Below, one piece after another: positions 63,616-64,000 of a stretch of DNA of 64,000 nucleotides. The stretch covers positions 8,721 to 72,720 of the forward strand of contig JBAYJY010000002.1 in the NCBI GenBank assembly GCA_041664945.1, in the 5' to 3' direction. Under the pieces are notes generated by a model that was not told the origin of the DNA, did no database searches, and saw only the letters and a program-made list of their open reading frames with translations. Position 1 is the stretch's first letter. Each line of letters begins with the position of its first letter. The stretch comes from a bacterium. GTDB taxonomy: Bacteria > UBP15 > UBA6099. The position numbers were made by a program, and so were the translations under genes.

Positions 63616-64000
63616 ATGTTATATGGATTAATACCATATCTTTTGACGTTTGTGTTTGGAATAACCGGAAGCTCGCTATTTTTTCCCAATTGCGAGATAA
63701 CGCTGGTCGCGATGACTAATATCGAACAGACGCCGCCATTCAATTTTTTCAACTTGATGATAGACTTGAGCCATTATCAGGCGCGACTGCCTTTCATGCT
63801 CGCGATTTGCATGGCTGCCGGAAGCGCGATCGGCAGCAGCGCATTTTATTTGATGGGAACCGGATCGATGAAACTCTCGGGGCGGGTCAAAAAGAAAATC
63901 GAGAGTTTCGATTTCTCAAGACTCGAAAGAGCGGGAGCGGCGCTTATATTCGTTTCAGCGGTTTCGAGCATTCCTCCGATTACTCCGCTTGCTTTTGCCG
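63616..64000 (+). CDS. partial CDS: DedA/YqaA-like (VTT/SNARE-associated domain) membrane protein, runs off right edge
   Basis: The frame is open from ATG 63616 to the window end and is not in the track. My translation is MLYGLIPYLLTFVFGITGSS...AAGSAIGSSAFYLMGTGSMKLSGRVKKKIE...RAGAALIFVSAVSSIPPITPLAFA. This matches the YqaA pattern GsxxGaxxxYxlGrxg...ryGxxxlxxsxxxPiPxd. Confidence 0.45.
   Translation, partial: MLYGLIPYLLTFVFGITGSSLFFPNCEITLVAMTNIEQTPPFNFFNLMIDLSHYQARLPFMLAICMAAGSAIGSSAFYLMGTGSMKLSGRVKKKIESFDFSRLERAGAALIFVSAVSSIPPITPLAFA

Noticed and set aside
1-64000. A search by eye for tRNA/rRNA genes, CRISPR arrays, transposases, integrases, prophage genes and toxin-antitoxin pairs.
   Set aside because: I recognised none. 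All intergenic regions are shorter than 360 nt and lack tRNA-like T-arm motifs (GGTTCGAATCC-type). A covariance-model scan (tRNAscan-SE/Infernal) would be needed to exclude small ncRNAs.

Overview
This is a dense chromosomal segment of about 55 protein-coding genes from a moderately GC-rich, apparently flagellated, probably uncultivated bacterium. By eye I found no rRNA, tRNA, CRISPR array, transposase or integrase. Housekeeping anchors are rplM-rpsI, argC-argJ-argD-argF, ruvB, rdgB, a long Rel/SpoT-type protein, thpR and a flagellin gene with a sigma-28-type promoter. Between them sit envelope, secreted and signalling genes. Four loci stand out. (i) 20992-25801 is a tightly coupled four-gene cassette. 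Two paralogous membrane-GAF-class III cyclases have complementary active-site defects (one lacks the Asn/Arg pair, the other has Glu at the first metal-Asp position). They bracket two CPBP-fold membrane proteins that lack the catalytic Glu/His residues. (ii) 8377-14460 encodes a 2027-aa secreted protein combining a subtilase, 14 copies of a 36-residue six-cysteine module and a seven-blade RCC1-like propeller. (iii) 25937-28369 is an operon of SRPBCC, DUF2007-like, ExbB/MotA-like (with an N-terminal copper-amine-oxidase-N-type domain) and a divergent ExbD-like protein. (iv) 15973-20812 holds a PilZ protein followed by an ABC ATPase and two very large paralogous ABC-2 permeases. All functional calls come from motif recognition in the supplied translations or my own translation. 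No database or structure search was possible, so family names are hypotheses graded by confidence.
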